Source of the DNA: an uncultured Halobacteriales archaeon
GTDB taxonomy: Archaea; Halobacteriota; Halobacteria; Halobacteriales; SKSH01
Length of the DNA: 64,000 nucleotides
Direction: 5' to 3'
Assembly (NCBI GenBank): GCA_964502835.1
Contig: CAZCYF010000002.1
Coordinates: 41,478 to 105,477 of the forward strand
In this document: in pieces, positions 38,757-48,442 of the stretch
How the letters are laid out: each line of letters starts with the position of its first letter
Numbering within the stretch: position 1 is the first letter of the stretch
The notes under the pieces: generated by a model
Told to the model about the DNA's origin: nothing
The model's input: only the letters and a program-made list of their open reading frames with translations
The model's database searches: none
Program-made: the position numbers and the translations under genes

Positions 38757-39869
38757 ATGAGTTCCGTTCGGGAAAATCGCTTCGTCAATCGCTTCCGTCG
38801 GATGTCGTTGTTGCCGCGGACAGTCTTTAGTGCGGGGATCGGGCTGCTGGTCATCTCGACGACTCGGGCAGGGCTTTCCTTCCTTGAGGGGACAGCACCC
38901 GAGGTGATCCTGCTGGATTTCGTGCTCGTGGGTACCCCCGGGGTCGCCCTCATGTACACGGGCCTGTGGATGCCCGAATCGGAGATCACCCGCCACCACT
39001 ATCCCCGAATCATCGCCTGGGTGATCGGTGGGGTCGTCGTCATGTACAGCTTCATCGTCTTACGCGACTTGCATCCGGGTGTGAGCGCCGAATGGGCGAT
39101 CGGCACCCAAGCGTTGGCCCTGACGATCGGATCGATCGGCGGGCTCGTGATTGGCATCCAGGAGACGAAAGCGGCGGTCCGTTCGGATCAACTCGAAGCA
39201 CGAACCCAGGAGCTGGAAGTTCGGGAGATCGAATTGCAGCGCCAAAACGACCAGCTCGAGCAGTTCGCGAGCGTAGTCTCCCATGATCTCCGCAACCCGT
39301 TGAGTGTCGCCCAAGGCTACGTCGAGTTGCTGGAAGAAGAGGTCGATAGCGACCATCTCGACCACGTCGAATCGGCCCATAATCGGATGGCGTCCCTCAT
39401 CGATGAACTGCTCACCCTCGCCCGGACGGGCCAGACCATCGATGAGACGGAACCGGTGGATCTCAACGAAATTGTGGAGACATGTTGGGCCAACGTGGCT
39501 ACCGGGGATGCCACCCTCAAAGTCGGTGAAACCGCGTCGTTATCGGCGGACCGTCACCGGCTCCAGCAGGCGCTCGAAAACCTCATTCGCAACGCGCTCG
39601 AGCATGGCGGAACCCGTGTTGAATGCGGGCTCCTCGATAACGGGAGCGGATTTTACGTCGAGGATGACGGACCCGGAATCCCGGAGACGGACTGGGAGGA
39701 CATCTTCGAGATCGGCTTCACGACGGACGAATCGGGTACGGGATTCGGGCTGGCGATCGTTCGAGAGATCGTCGAGGCCCATGGCTGGTCGATCACGGTG
39801 ACCCACGGGTCGGCCGGTGGCGCGCGGTTTGAAGTGCATGGAATCGAGTTAACTCAAAGCGCCGAATAG
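38757..39869 (+). CDS. membrane-bound sensor histidine kinase
   Basis: Four N-terminal TM helices, coiled-coil linker, H-box SHDLRNPL, and N/G boxes (NLIRNALEH, DDGPGI, GTGFGLAIV). Visibly lower GC than the flanks. Confidence 0.85.
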   Translation: MSSVRENRFVNRFRRMSLLPRTVFSAGIGLLVISTTRAGLSFLEGTAPEVILLDFVLVGTPGVALMYTGLWMPESEITRHHYPRIIAWVIGGVVVMYSFIVLRDLHPGVSAEWAIGTQALALTIGSIGGLVIGIQETKAAVRSDQLEARTQELEVREIELQRQNDQLEQFASVVSHDLRNPLSVAQGYVELLEEEVDSDHLDHVESAHNRMASLIDELLTLARTGQTIDETEPVDLNEIVETCWANVATGDATLKVGETASLSADRHRLQQALENLIRNALEHGGTRVECGLLDNGSGFYVEDDGPGIPETDWEDIFEIGFTTDESGTGFGLAIVREIVEAHGWSITVTHGSAGGARFEVHGIELTQSAE

Positions 39870-40009
39870 TCTTCGCGAGATGAGTCGGTACGTCGGCCGT
39901 TGAAGGAAAGCTTCCCCGGACGCGACTTTGCGGACGAATTCGACGACGGTTGTCTGTACCGTACGCAAACCCCAATGGACATGCCGGTAGCGCGTTTACA
40001 TCGACCCGT

Positions 40010-40023
40010 CAGGACGTGTCCTG
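40010..40023. promoter_or_regulatory. perfect palindrome CAGGAC-GT-GTCCTG between TATA-like element and ATG 40038
   Basis: Lies between TTTACA (39995-40000) and the start codon of the nucleotidyltransferase gene, an operator-like position. Confidence 0.25.
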
Positions 40024-40037
40024 GCGGGTGATTCCCG

Positions 40038-40520
40038 ATGACGTCATCGCTATCCGAAGCCCACCGTACGGTCCTCAAACGACTGGTTGCGGACCTCGAC
40101 GACCGCGACCTCGACTGGGCCCTCACCGGGAGCACGAGCATCGCCCTGCAAGGTGTCCCGCTTGAGCCCAACGACATCGACGTTCAGACGACCGAATCGG
40201 GGGCATACGCGATCGAGGAGGCGTTTGCTGAGGAGGTGGTACAACCGGTTGACTTCCGGACGGCCGAGCGGATCCGGTCCCACTTCGGTGCCGTCGAACT
40301 CGAGGGAGTTCGCGTCGAGATCATTGGCGCCCTGGAGCGACGCCACCCCGACGGGACGTGGAAGGCGGCCAACGCCCTTTCCGACCATCGGACGACGGTG
40401 GAGGTGTGTGGTCAACCGGTACCCGTCCTCGAGTTGTCATACGAGGCGCGAGCCTACGAGCAACTGGGTCGAACGGGGCGGGCGGCACAGATACGCGCTC
40501 AGCTGGAGGAGGATGGCTGA
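40038..40520 (+). CDS. small nucleotidyltransferase-fold protein (ANT(2'')/Lnu-like minimal NTase)
   Basis: G-S...D-x-D signature LTGSTSIALQGVPLEPNDIDVQT. 160 aa. Confidence 0.6.
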   Translation: MTSSLSEAHRTVLKRLVADLDDRDLDWALTGSTSIALQGVPLEPNDIDVQTTESGAYAIEEAFAEEVVQPVDFRTAERIRSHFGAVELEGVRVEIIGALERRHPDGTWKAANALSDHRTTVEVCGQPVPVLELSYEARAYEQLGRTGRAAQIRAQLEEDG

Positions 40521-40583
40521 ACCATGACGAACAATGGGGACAATTCAGCCTAGATTTAGGTCCCTGGGGGACCCACGGGGTCC

Positions 40584-41177
40584 ATGGACCTCTCGGTCGT
40601 CCTCGTGGTCGTCGGGGGCATTCTCGCGTATGCTGGTCTGGTGGCCCTCGCGTGGTCGATGCGGCGAAACACGCACCAGCAGTCGGCAGGGGACGAGCCG
40701 GACCGGTATTTGAGACGGACCGACCTGATCGAGGGTGAGGCTACACCGTCGAACCCGCTCGAATGGCTCATCACGGTCGCAACGCGTTCGGCCGTCCAGT
40801 TGGGCCTCCTCGGTATGACCCTCGGCCTCACCGTGATTCTCGCGATCACCGGGTATCGGGGGGCGGCCGCCGTCGGTGCCTTCGTGACCCTGCTCGTCTT
40901 TCTCATGCTCATGTTGTTTTTCGGGTGGGAGTCGCTCGAATCCTTCTTCGCCACACCGGAACGTCCGGAGGACAAATCCGAAGAGGGCATTCACGCGGGC
41001 TCGTTGCCCGCATCCACCCGAACCTCGCTCCAAGTACAGGGTGGGACGCCGGTCCACACGTCCGACGGCCTGTTCGATGCCGCGTCGGTGACCGACCTGA
41101 AGGTGGGGGTGACCCTCGGCGTCATCGTGGTCGTCGTGATGAGCCTGTTCGTCCTCGGTATCGAGTTGATCATCTGA
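40584..41177 (+). CDS. membrane protein, hypothetical
   Basis: 197 aa with about four TM helices separated by charged loops. No recognisable family. Confidence 0.55.
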   Translation: MDLSVVLVVVGGILAYAGLVALAWSMRRNTHQQSAGDEPDRYLRRTDLIEGEATPSNPLEWLITVATRSAVQLGLLGMTLGLTVILAITGYRGAAAVGAFVTLLVFLMLMLFFGWESLESFFATPERPEDKSEEGIHAGSLPASTRTSLQVQGGTPVHTSDGLFDAASVTDLKVGVTLGVIVVVVMSLFVLGIELII

Positions 41178-41204
41178 GTGTCGAGGCGTCCGGACGGCGG
41201 CGAG

Positions 41205-41744
41205 TCACCGATCGGTCGATTCGAGCGCCCGGTAGGCTCGGGTTCGGAGGTCGAGGTAGTGCTCGACGTCAGTCTCATCGAACTGATCGAGCGTGGTGAG
41301 CGCATTGGGGTGCCACAATCGGGCCCGGTCGGCGTCACTACCGGCGGCGATCGTCCCGTCGGTGTCGTCGAGGCGCACCGCATAGATGATCGAAACGATG
41401 TGGTGGTCCGCAGGTGCCTCGGCGGCCCGAGCGTGGAATAACGCCAGCGCGGCAGGATCCACTCGAAGGTTGGTCTCCTCTTCGAGTTCGATCGCCGCGT
41501 GTTCTGCCGGGGTGTGGCCGATTTCAATCTTGCCACCGGGGGTCAGCCATTTGCCCCTGACCGCACCCGTCCCCTGTCGAACCAGCAACAGTCGATCGCC
41601 GTCGAGGACCAACACCCGCGCACTCGGCGTCGGATTGTGGAAGACCCACCGATCCTCGGCGTCACACCGATAGACGGTGGGGGGATCGACGCGAACGAGT
41701 TCCTCGCCACAATACGGGCAATAATCGGGCGGGAAATTGACCAT
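41205..41744 (-). CDS. NUDIX hydrolase with N-terminal zinc ribbon
   Basis: CPYCG...YRCD, then Nudix box GGKIEIGHTPAEHAAIELEEETNL. TATA (TCTATAGG) ~25 nt upstream indicates a leaderless transcript. Confidence 0.85.
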   Translation of the reverse strand: MVNFPPDYCPYCGEELVRVDPPTVYRCDAEDRWVFHNPTPSARVLVLDGDRLLLVRQGTGAVRGKWLTPGGKIEIGHTPAEHAAIELEEETNLRVDPAALALFHARAAEAPADHHIVSIIYAVRLDDTDGTIAAGSDADRARLWHPNALTTLDQFDETDVEHYLDLRTRAYRALESTDR

Positions 41745-42068
41745 GGTGGCCGGTAGATTCGCCGGGCCTATAGACGGCTTCGACAGTGGGCCGTGGATGT
41801 CGGTCCACCAGCCCGATCGATGCTGACCAGTGCGTCGGTGGCGGTCATGATTGGCGGGCTGGGTAGGGCTATCCGTCGTCGGTTGGTGGGCGTGGCTGGG
41901 CGGTCGATTTCGTCAGTTCGACCGTGAATGCGTCCACCGTCGTGGGTGAACGCGGGAGAGGGCATTGGTGTGGGCAGTACGTCAGGGAAGGACGTGCGTG
42001 CCACCACCCGGTCGCGGTCCGACACGATCAGGGGCATGCTTTTTTCGCATGGCCTCGTGCATCGGGCC

Positions 42069-42503
42069 ATGGACGCCGACGATGGGAGCGCGATGGACGA
42101 GACGGAGATCGAGTCCGTTCTCGGTACTGGTGGCACGGGGGTACTTGCGGTGGCAATGGACGACGTGCCGTATGCCACGCCCGTTTCCTACGGATATCAC
42201 CACGAGAGCAAGTCGTTCTATTTTCGCCTCGGCTTCGGCGAGTCAAGCCGAAAGAGCCGGTTCGTGGAGGCGGGCTCGCCAGCGACGTTCGTGGTGTATG
42301 ATCGTCTGCAAGAACGGTGGTATAGCGTCGTTGCACGGGGAACGCTGGAACCGATCACCGCCGACGAAATCACCACGGACATTGCCAACCACCTGCGTCG
42401 GGGAGAGCTCCCGCTCGTCGAGGTCTGGGACGAACCCGCAGCGAACCTCGATTTCGAGCTCTACCGAATGGCGATCGACGACCTCTCCGGTCGAACGGCC
42501 TAG
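42069..42503 (+). CDS. pyridoxamine 5'-phosphate oxidase family (FMN-binding split barrel) protein
   Basis: ..ETEIESVLGTGGTGVLAVAMDDVPYATPVSYGY... T-rich TATA-like GCTTTTTTCGC (~42040-42050) favours ATG 42069 over 42036 or 42093. Confidence 0.65.
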   Translation: MDADDGSAMDETEIESVLGTGGTGVLAVAMDDVPYATPVSYGYHHESKSFYFRLGFGESSRKSRFVEAGSPATFVVYDRLQERWYSVVARGTLEPITADEITTDIANHLRRGELPLVEVWDEPAANLDFELYRMAIDDLSGRTA

Positions 42504-42563
42504 CGTTGCTGACGGTGCCTGCCCACCGCGCGCGTACTGGTGACCGAGCGGGACCCACCGTGA

Positions 42564-43052
42564 TTACTGAACATATCTGCGTTGTTCGGCGGGGACCCCT
42601 TGCTCGGACTCCTCGCGTTCGATCGACTGCATGCGCGCGATGAGCACCGGTAGCTCCGCCTGGCGAATGACCTCCTCGGCGACGCTCCCCACGGCTCGTT
42701 GTTCCTCGCCGGTCCGCCCATGGGTCCCCATGACGATCAGGTCGACCTCCTGATCGTCCGCATACGTGAGGATGGCCTGATGGGGCACCCCCGTGACGAC
42801 CTCCCCCGTACACTCGATACCCCGGTCGTCGGCGTGCTCTTGGACCGCGCCGATGGCTTCCGATCCCTCCTGTTTCAACACGGTAATGACCTCCTGGGCG
42901 GTCTCCTCTGGTAACGTCATAAACGAGCGGACGTCGATGACGTACAGGGCGTGAATCGTGGCGTCGTTTTGTTCCGCCTGGTGAAGCGCCTGCTCGATGA
43001 TGCCGCCCATGCCAGGGCTCCCGTCGGTCGGCAACAGGATGTCGTCGAACAT
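42564..43052 (-). CDS. universal stress protein
   Basis: ILLPTDGS...DLIVMGTHGRTG...GSVAEEV Usp signature. Confidence 0.85.
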   Translation of the reverse strand: MFDDILLPTDGSPGMGGIIEQALHQAEQNDATIHALYVIDVRSFMTLPEETAQEVITVLKQEGSEAIGAVQEHADDRGIECTGEVVTGVPHQAILTYADDQEVDLIVMGTHGRTGEEQRAVGSVAEEVIRQAELPVLIARMQSIEREESEQGVPAEQRRYVQ

Positions 43053-43159
43053 GTAATGTATTCACGTGAAGGGCTCGTTACAAAAGTTATCCGGCACCGA
43101 TTCGGCCACGTCGAATAGTCACCTTCAGGTAACCAACGCGGACGAGAGCATACCACGAG

Positions 43160-44005
43160 GTGAAGTCAGTGGACGATCACCAACGGTACATCGAGGAGAA
43201 CCGTGCCCACTGGGACGAGCTCGCCGAACACCATCCCGATACCGACCACTACGATGTCGAGGCGTTTCTCACGGGGGAATCGACCCTTCGGAGCCTCGAG
43301 ACCGAGGAGCTGGACCCCGCGGGCAAGCGGATGCTTCACCTCCAGTGTCACTTCGGTCTCGACACTCTCTCGTGGGTGCGAAACGAGGGGGTCGACCACG
43401 CCACCGGCGTCGATTTCTCCGCGACGGCGATCGAAACCGCGAGGGAGCTCCGTGAGCAGGTCGGTATCGATCGATCGCGGGCGCGATTCGTGGCGTGTGA
43501 TCTCTACGAGCTCCCGGAGCACCTGGAGGGCTGCTTCGAGTGCATCTTCACGTCGTATGGGACGATATACTGGCTTCCTGACCTCAAGGGGTGGGCGGAG
43601 GTCATCGCCACGTACCTCGAGGAGGGCGGGACGTTCTACATCGTCGACGGCCACCCGTTTGCCGAGCCCTTCGGGTACGGCAGTACGGCCGAGGCGTTGG
43701 ATCTCGCCCACCCGTATTTCGGTGACGAACCGATCACGGACGAATTCGATGGCAGTTACGCGGGGTGGGACTTCGGCCTCGAGCACCGGCAATCGCATGG
43801 CTTCGTCCATCCGATGGGTGACATCGTCTCCGCGTTGGTCACGGCTGGATTGCGCATCGAATTCGTCCACGAGTTCCCGTGGTCCTTCTTCCAGCGCTTT
43901 CAGGCGATGGAGCTCGGTGATGACGGCCGATGGTGGCTCCCGGATGCCGAGGAGGCCTTGCCCCTGACCTTCTCGCTGCGCGCCACGAACCCGCCGGCCC
44001 GGTGA
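43160..44005 (+). CDS. class I SAM-dependent methyltransferase
   Basis: Rossmann motif I-like LHLQCHFGLD, post-I acidic GVDFS, and FTSYG. GTG start as in the track. Confidence 0.75.
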   Translation: MKSVDDHQRYIEENRAHWDELAEHHPDTDHYDVEAFLTGESTLRSLETEELDPAGKRMLHLQCHFGLDTLSWVRNEGVDHATGVDFSATAIETARELREQVGIDRSRARFVACDLYELPEHLEGCFECIFTSYGTIYWLPDLKGWAEVIATYLEEGGTFYIVDGHPFAEPFGYGSTAEALDLAHPYFGDEPITDEFDGSYAGWDFGLEHRQSHGFVHPMGDIVSALVTAGLRIEFVHEFPWSFFQRFQAMELGDDGRWWLPDAEEALPLTFSLRATNPPAR

Positions 44006-44043
44006 GGGCGGGTCCGCCGTATTTCAAGGGTCGCCACCTCCTA

Positions 44044-44526
44044 ATGCGACCGATGGAGCTCGTCGAAGACACCCTCGAGGTCGACATCGAAGACGTCCTG
44101 GACCGTCGCCTCATCGCCCACCTGGCGACGAACTCCCCCGACGGCGGCCGCCACGCGCCCGTCTGGTTCCTGTGGGAGGACGAAGCGATCTGGATCATCG
44201 CGGACGGGTCGAAGCGAAGCTTTCCGGACCGGATCGAACGCGAGCCGCGGTGTGCCATCGGCATCGTCGACTTCGATCCAACGACCGGACGCCTCGTCCA
44301 CCTCGGCTTTCGGGGGCGGGCAACGATCGAGCCCCACGACCCCGAGCGGGCTGAGCGGCTCATGGAGCGCTATTTCCGCGCGCCGAAGTCCGAGTGGGAT
44401 GCCGACCGGTTCGGCGATCCCGAACGGTGGGGTGACGACTTCGTGTTCGTCCGGTTCGAACCAACGACCGTGGTGGCACGCGACCAGTCCTACGAGCCAC
44501 CCGGGCAACCGACCGATGACACATGA
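44044..44526 (+). CDS. pyridoxamine 5'-phosphate oxidase family protein
   Basis: LDRRLIAHLATNSPDGGRHAPVWFLWEDEAIWI.. is a typical PNPOx-like N-terminus. Inner ATG of track ORF 43930. Confidence 0.7.
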   Translation: MRPMELVEDTLEVDIEDVLDRRLIAHLATNSPDGGRHAPVWFLWEDEAIWIIADGSKRSFPDRIEREPRCAIGIVDFDPTTGRLVHLGFRGRATIEPHDPERAERLMERYFRAPKSEWDADRFGDPERWGDDFVFVRFEPTTVVARDQSYEPPGQPTDDT

Positions 44527-44592
44527 AGGAAAGCCACGTCGCCGATCGCGAAGATGACCGGTATGGCCGAACGCGCGTGGCCTGGCGAAGGC

Positions 44593-45381
44593 TCAGAAGG
44601 GAAATAACGATTCGGCGTCTGGTTCGCGCGCGAGCAACTCGACTTCGTGGCCGTCCGGCGTCTTGGTGAACGCGTATCGGTCATCGCACGACGCCGGATC
44701 GCGATACGCCGGCGCCTCACGGGTGCGCAGTCGCTCCCAAGCTGCTTGCAACTCGTCGACGCGCACACAAAGGTGCCCCCAGGCGTCGCCGTGCTCGTAC
44801 GACCGGCCGTCGTAATTGTAGGTGAGTTCGAGAGCCATCGCGGCAGGACCGGCCGACGGGGGGCGCACGAAGTAGTTAGCGAACGTGTCAGCCTCCCAGC
44901 GGCCGACCGGCTCGTACTCGAACTTTCGCACCCAGTAGCCGAGGGCTCGGTCGACGTCCTCGACCCGGATCATCGTGTGATCGAGCCGCCAAGAGTCATC
45001 GACCTCGCGCTGGACGAGTTCCACCTCGTGGCCGTCCGGGTCGCGAACGAACGCGTAGTTGCCCCCACAGGACGCCGGGTCGCGATAGTCTTCGACGCCG
45101 GCATCGATCAGGGTATCATAGGCCTCGCCCAGCTCCCCCTCGGGCACCCGAAGGGCGATGTGTCCCCAGGCATCGCCGATGTGTGGGGATTCGCCCTCGT
45201 TGTGGGTGAGTTCGAGCATCGCCGCCTGCTCGGGCTGGTCCGGTTGGGCGAGGTATACGATGGTGAACCCGTCGCCGTCGTATCGGTCTCGTTCCTCGTA
45301 GCCGAAGTGGGTGCGATACCAATCGATCGAGTCGCCAAGTGATTCGACGCGCAACATCACGTGATCGATCGTTCCGTCCAT
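44593..45381 (-). CDS. two-domain VOC family protein (glyoxalase I-like)
   Basis: Duplicated module: HVMLRV..LELTHN..GDAWGHIALRV..DPDGHEVELV and HTMIRV..LELTYN..GDAWGHLCVRV..TPDGHEVELL. Confidence 0.8.
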   Translation of the reverse strand: MDGTIDHVMLRVESLGDSIDWYRTHFGYEERDRYDGDGFTIVYLAQPDQPEQAAMLELTHNEGESPHIGDAWGHIALRVPEGELGEAYDTLIDAGVEDYRDPASCGGNYAFVRDPDGHEVELVQREVDDSWRLDHTMIRVEDVDRALGYWVRKFEYEPVGRWEADTFANYFVRPPSAGPAAMALELTYNYDGRSYEHGDAWGHLCVRVDELQAAWERLRTREAPAYRDPASCDDRYAFTKTPDGHEVELLAREPDAESLFPF

Positions 45382-45523
45382 GGACGGCTGCTTCGGGGGT
45401 GGCCATCAAAAGCCGACGGTCTCGCCTCCCCTGTGCGAAACGACTTAGGCCAGGCCGGAAGATGCATACGGACATGCGGGGGTATCCTATTGGAACAACG
45501 ACGGTGGCAGGAACCGGACGATC

Positions 45524-45958
45524 ATGGTAGCACCCCTCCTGCGACGGCCACTCGTCCCGGTCGCCAACCCGGACGACGCCAGTGCGACCTACGAGGCGAT
45601 TCGTGGCTATCTCCAATCCGGTGAGGGGACCCCGATCGTTGTCCATGTCATCGAAAAGGCCGGTGGTGCCCCGGACAAAGCAGGCGTTGCACAACGCAAG
45701 GAGGTCGCCGAGGAAGCATTTCACCGCTTCCAGAATCTGGCCGAGACTGACGGTCTCGAGATCGAGACGGACCTCAGATTTGGAACGGACGTCGCCGAGA
45801 CGATTCACGAGGCCGCCGAGGACCACGACGCGTCCGCGATCGTGTTTCGCTCGCGAGGAGGGAGCCGCTGGCTGGACCTCGTCAGCGGAAACGTCCGGGC
45901 GAAGCTGTTGAAGGGCCACGAGGTTCCGGTCGTGGTGTTGCCGGAGACACAAGGGTGA
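45524..45958 (+). CDS. universal stress protein family
   Basis: 144 aa, LVPVANPDD...ASAIVFRSRGG...VPVVVLP. Lies immediately upstream of the Usp-fused transporter. Confidence 0.7.
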   Translation: MVAPLLRRPLVPVANPDDASATYEAIRGYLQSGEGTPIVVHVIEKAGGAPDKAGVAQRKEVAEEAFHRFQNLAETDGLEIETDLRFGTDVAETIHEAAEDHDASAIVFRSRGGSRWLDLVSGNVRAKLLKGHEVPVVVLPETQG

Positions 45959-46099
45959 ACCGTCGGCTCCGTGGTAGTATAAAATCACGTTGCAGTCACC
46001 ACACCGTGACACACCCACGTGCGCACGACCGTTCGCCAACCATGATGAGTACCGCCGAACGACGATCCAGTGCCCGTTCGGCTCGATCACCATTCGACC

Positions 46100-48403
46100 A
46101 TGAGCGCGGATGAGGATTTAGCGAAGGACCTCGGCCCCCTCGCCGCGCTCACGATCGGTGTGGGTACGATGATCGGTGCCGGGATCTTCGTCCTTCCAGG
46201 TCCCGCGGTGGAACAGGCCGGACCACTCGCCGTCGTAGCATTCATTGTTGGCGGTGCCATCGCATTGCTGACGGCTCTGTCGGCCTCTGAACTTGGGACG
46301 GCGATGCCGGTCTCCGGCGGTGCCTATTATTACGTCAATCGAGGGCTCGGACCCCACCTGGGATCGATCGCCGGCTGGGGGAACTGGATCGGCCTGGCCT
46401 TCGCCTCAGCATTTTACATGTATGGTTTCGGTGAGTACGTGCACAGCTTCATCGACGTCCCAGGAGTGGCCGTCGGGATCGTCTCGATCGAGCCCGCACA
46501 GATCATCGGGCTGGTCGCGGCAACGTTCTTCATCGGAGTGAATTACATCGGTGCGAAGGAGACCGGACGGCTACAGAACCTCATCGTCCTCACGCTCGTC
46601 GGCATCCTCGTCGTCTTTACTGCCTTTGGCGTCATGAACGCCGATATTGACTCACTCCGCCCCATCACTCCCATGGGGTGGGAGCCGCTCCTGCCCGTCA
46701 CCGGGCTGATTTTCGTTTCATATCTCGGGTTCGTCCAGATTACCTCCGTGGCAGAGGAGATCAAGGAACCGGGGAAGAATCTCCCTCGGGCCGTCATCGG
46801 GAGCGTCGTCATCGTCACCGTCATCTACGTCTTCGTGTTGGTGGCCACGCTCGCGGCTGTAGAGACCGAACTCGTTGCCGGGAACGACACGGCCGTCGTC
46901 GACGTGGCGGAGCGACTGATCGGCCCGTTGGGAGCCGTGGCGCTCCTTCTGGGCGGACTACTCGCGACGGCGTCCTCGGCCAACGCCTCCATCCTTGCCT
47001 CTTCACGGATCAACTTCGCCATGGGCCGGGATAAGCTGGTGACACCGGCGATCAACGAGGTCCACCCCCGATATGCAACACCCTATCGAGCGATTTCGAT
47101 CACCGGCGCACTCATCATCGTGTTCCTCCTCGTCGGCAGTCTGGAGTTGCTCGCAAACGCCGGGAGCGTGCTCCACCTCGTGGTCTACGGCTTGCTCAAC
47201 CTGTCGTTAATCGTGTTTCGCGAGGCGAATCCACCGGACTATGAACCGGACTTCGAGGTCCCGTTGTATCCGCTCGTGCCGATTGGTGGCGCGCTGTGCT
47301 CGTTCGCTCTTATCTGGTTTTTCGCGCCCATGGTAATCTTGTTGACCGGGATGTTGCTCGGATTCGCGGTCCTTTGGTACTTCCTCTATGCCAGAGTTCG
47401 CATCGAGGAACCCGGCGTGCTGTCGCAGTACGTCCTCGAACGCTCCGAGCATCTCCCGTCCATCGCGGTGTCGGCCACCACAGCCGTTCGCCCCGAGGGT
47501 GGCGACTATCGAGTCATGGTGCCGTTGGCGAATCCCGCGCATGAGGAGGACCTCATCTCGTTAGCCTCAGCAATTGCCGACGAACGGGATGGGACGGTCG
47601 TGGCCGTCCACATCGTGCAGGTCCCAGACCAGACCTCTCTCGAGGTCGCACGCGAGCGACTGGACGTGCAAGCCGCCCATACACTGGTCGATAAGGCCAG
47701 ACGAGACGCCGAGACGTACGGCGTCGACGTCGAAACCCACGTGGTCGTCTCACACCGACGCTACGAGGAAATTTTTGACGCCGCGAAACGGTTCAAGGTG
47801 GACATGACGGTGATGGGTTGGGGCGAAGACACCCCCGGTGCACCAGGTCGTGCGGAGGGTGCGATGCACGAGTTGGCCCATTCGTTGCCGTGTGATTTCC
47901 TCGTGTTCCGCGATCGGGGATTCGATCCATCGACGATCCTCGTCCCGACGGCCGGAGGGCCGGATTCGGCGCTGGCAGCCGCGGTTGCGCGAACCTTCAG
48001 GTCCCAATTTGGGGCCGAAGTGACGCTCTTACACGTTGCCGAGGATCCGGATGCAGGCCGAGCATTTTTGCGGGCCTGGGCAGCCGAACACGATCTCGGG
48101 GATGCCACGCTGGCGGTCGAAACTGGTGACGTGGAATCCCGGATTGCCGATGCGGCGAAGTCGTCCAGTCTCCTCGTCATCGGGGCAACCGAACAAGGGC
48201 TGCTTTCTCGACTCGCACGGGGATCGCTCGTTCTCGACGTGGTCGACGACGTTGACTGTTCCGTGATATTAGCCGAAAAGCGCCACCGGCGGTCCATCCG
48301 CGAGCGACTCTTCGGGACGACACCCCGCGAATCCTCGTTCGCGGAGACCGGCATCACCCCTGATGCCACCACCCCTGAGATCGAGGAACATTCCGCCGAG
48401 TAG
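46100..48403 (+). CDS. APC-family amino acid permease fused to two C-terminal Usp domains
   Basis: About 12 TM helices (GVGTMIGAGIFVLPG signature), followed by two Usp modules (RVMVPLANPAHE...; ILVPTAGGPDS...LLVIGATEQG). Confidence 0.85.
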   Translation: MSADEDLAKDLGPLAALTIGVGTMIGAGIFVLPGPAVEQAGPLAVVAFIVGGAIALLTALSASELGTAMPVSGGAYYYVNRGLGPHLGSIAGWGNWIGLAFASAFYMYGFGEYVHSFIDVPGVAVGIVSIEPAQIIGLVAATFFIGVNYIGAKETGRLQNLIVLTLVGILVVFTAFGVMNADIDSLRPITPMGWEPLLPVTGLIFVSYLGFVQITSVAEEIKEPGKNLPRAVIGSVVIVTVIYVFVLVATLAAVETELVAGNDTAVVDVAERLIGPLGAVALLLGGLLATASSANASILASSRINFAMGRDKLVTPAINEVHPRYATPYRAISITGALIIVFLLVGSLELLANAGSVLHLVVYGLLNLSLIVFREANPPDYEPDFEVPLYPLVPIGGALCSFALIWFFAPMVILLTGMLLGFAVLWYFLYARVRIEEPGVLSQYVLERSEHLPSIAVSATTAVRPEGGDYRVMVPLANPAHEEDLISLASAIADERDGTVVAVHIVQVPDQTSLEVARERLDVQAAHTLVDKARRDAETYGVDVETHVVVSHRRYEEIFDAAKRFKVDMTVMGWGEDTPGAPGRAEGAMHELAHSLPCDFLVFRDRGFDPSTILVPTAGGPDSALAAAVARTFRSQFGAEVTLLHVAEDPDAGRAFLRAWAAEHDLGDATLAVETGDVESRIADAAKSSSLLVIGATEQGLLSRLARGSLVLDVVDDVDCSVILAEKRHRRSIRERLFGTTPRESSFAETGITPDATTPEIEEHSAE

Positions 48404-48442
48404 GGTGCTGACAGTCACGACCGGATCGCAGAGACTGATCGC

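Noticed and set aside
40038-41744. Nucleotidyltransferase + multi-TM protein + NUDIX hydrolase as a CBASS-like or toxin-antitoxin-like defence module.
   Set aside because: The NTase is a 160-aa minimal ANT/Lnu-like fold, not a CD-NTase. No HEPN partner or cyclase-specific motifs are present. The NUDIX gene is convergent with its own leaderless promoter. There are no overlapping or coupled junctions. The co-location looks incidental.
46042-46113. 23-codon upstream ORF (MMSTAERRSSARSARSPFDHERG) overlapping the start of the APC-Usp transporter, downstream of a strong TATA (AGTATAAAAT, 45976-45985).
   Set aside because: Codon usage is poor for this genome (CGA x3, AGT x2, TCA, CCA), and a peptide of this composition is what random GC-rich sequence gives. 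The ~90-nt leader itself may be real, but I cannot support the uORF without conservation or ribosome-profiling data.
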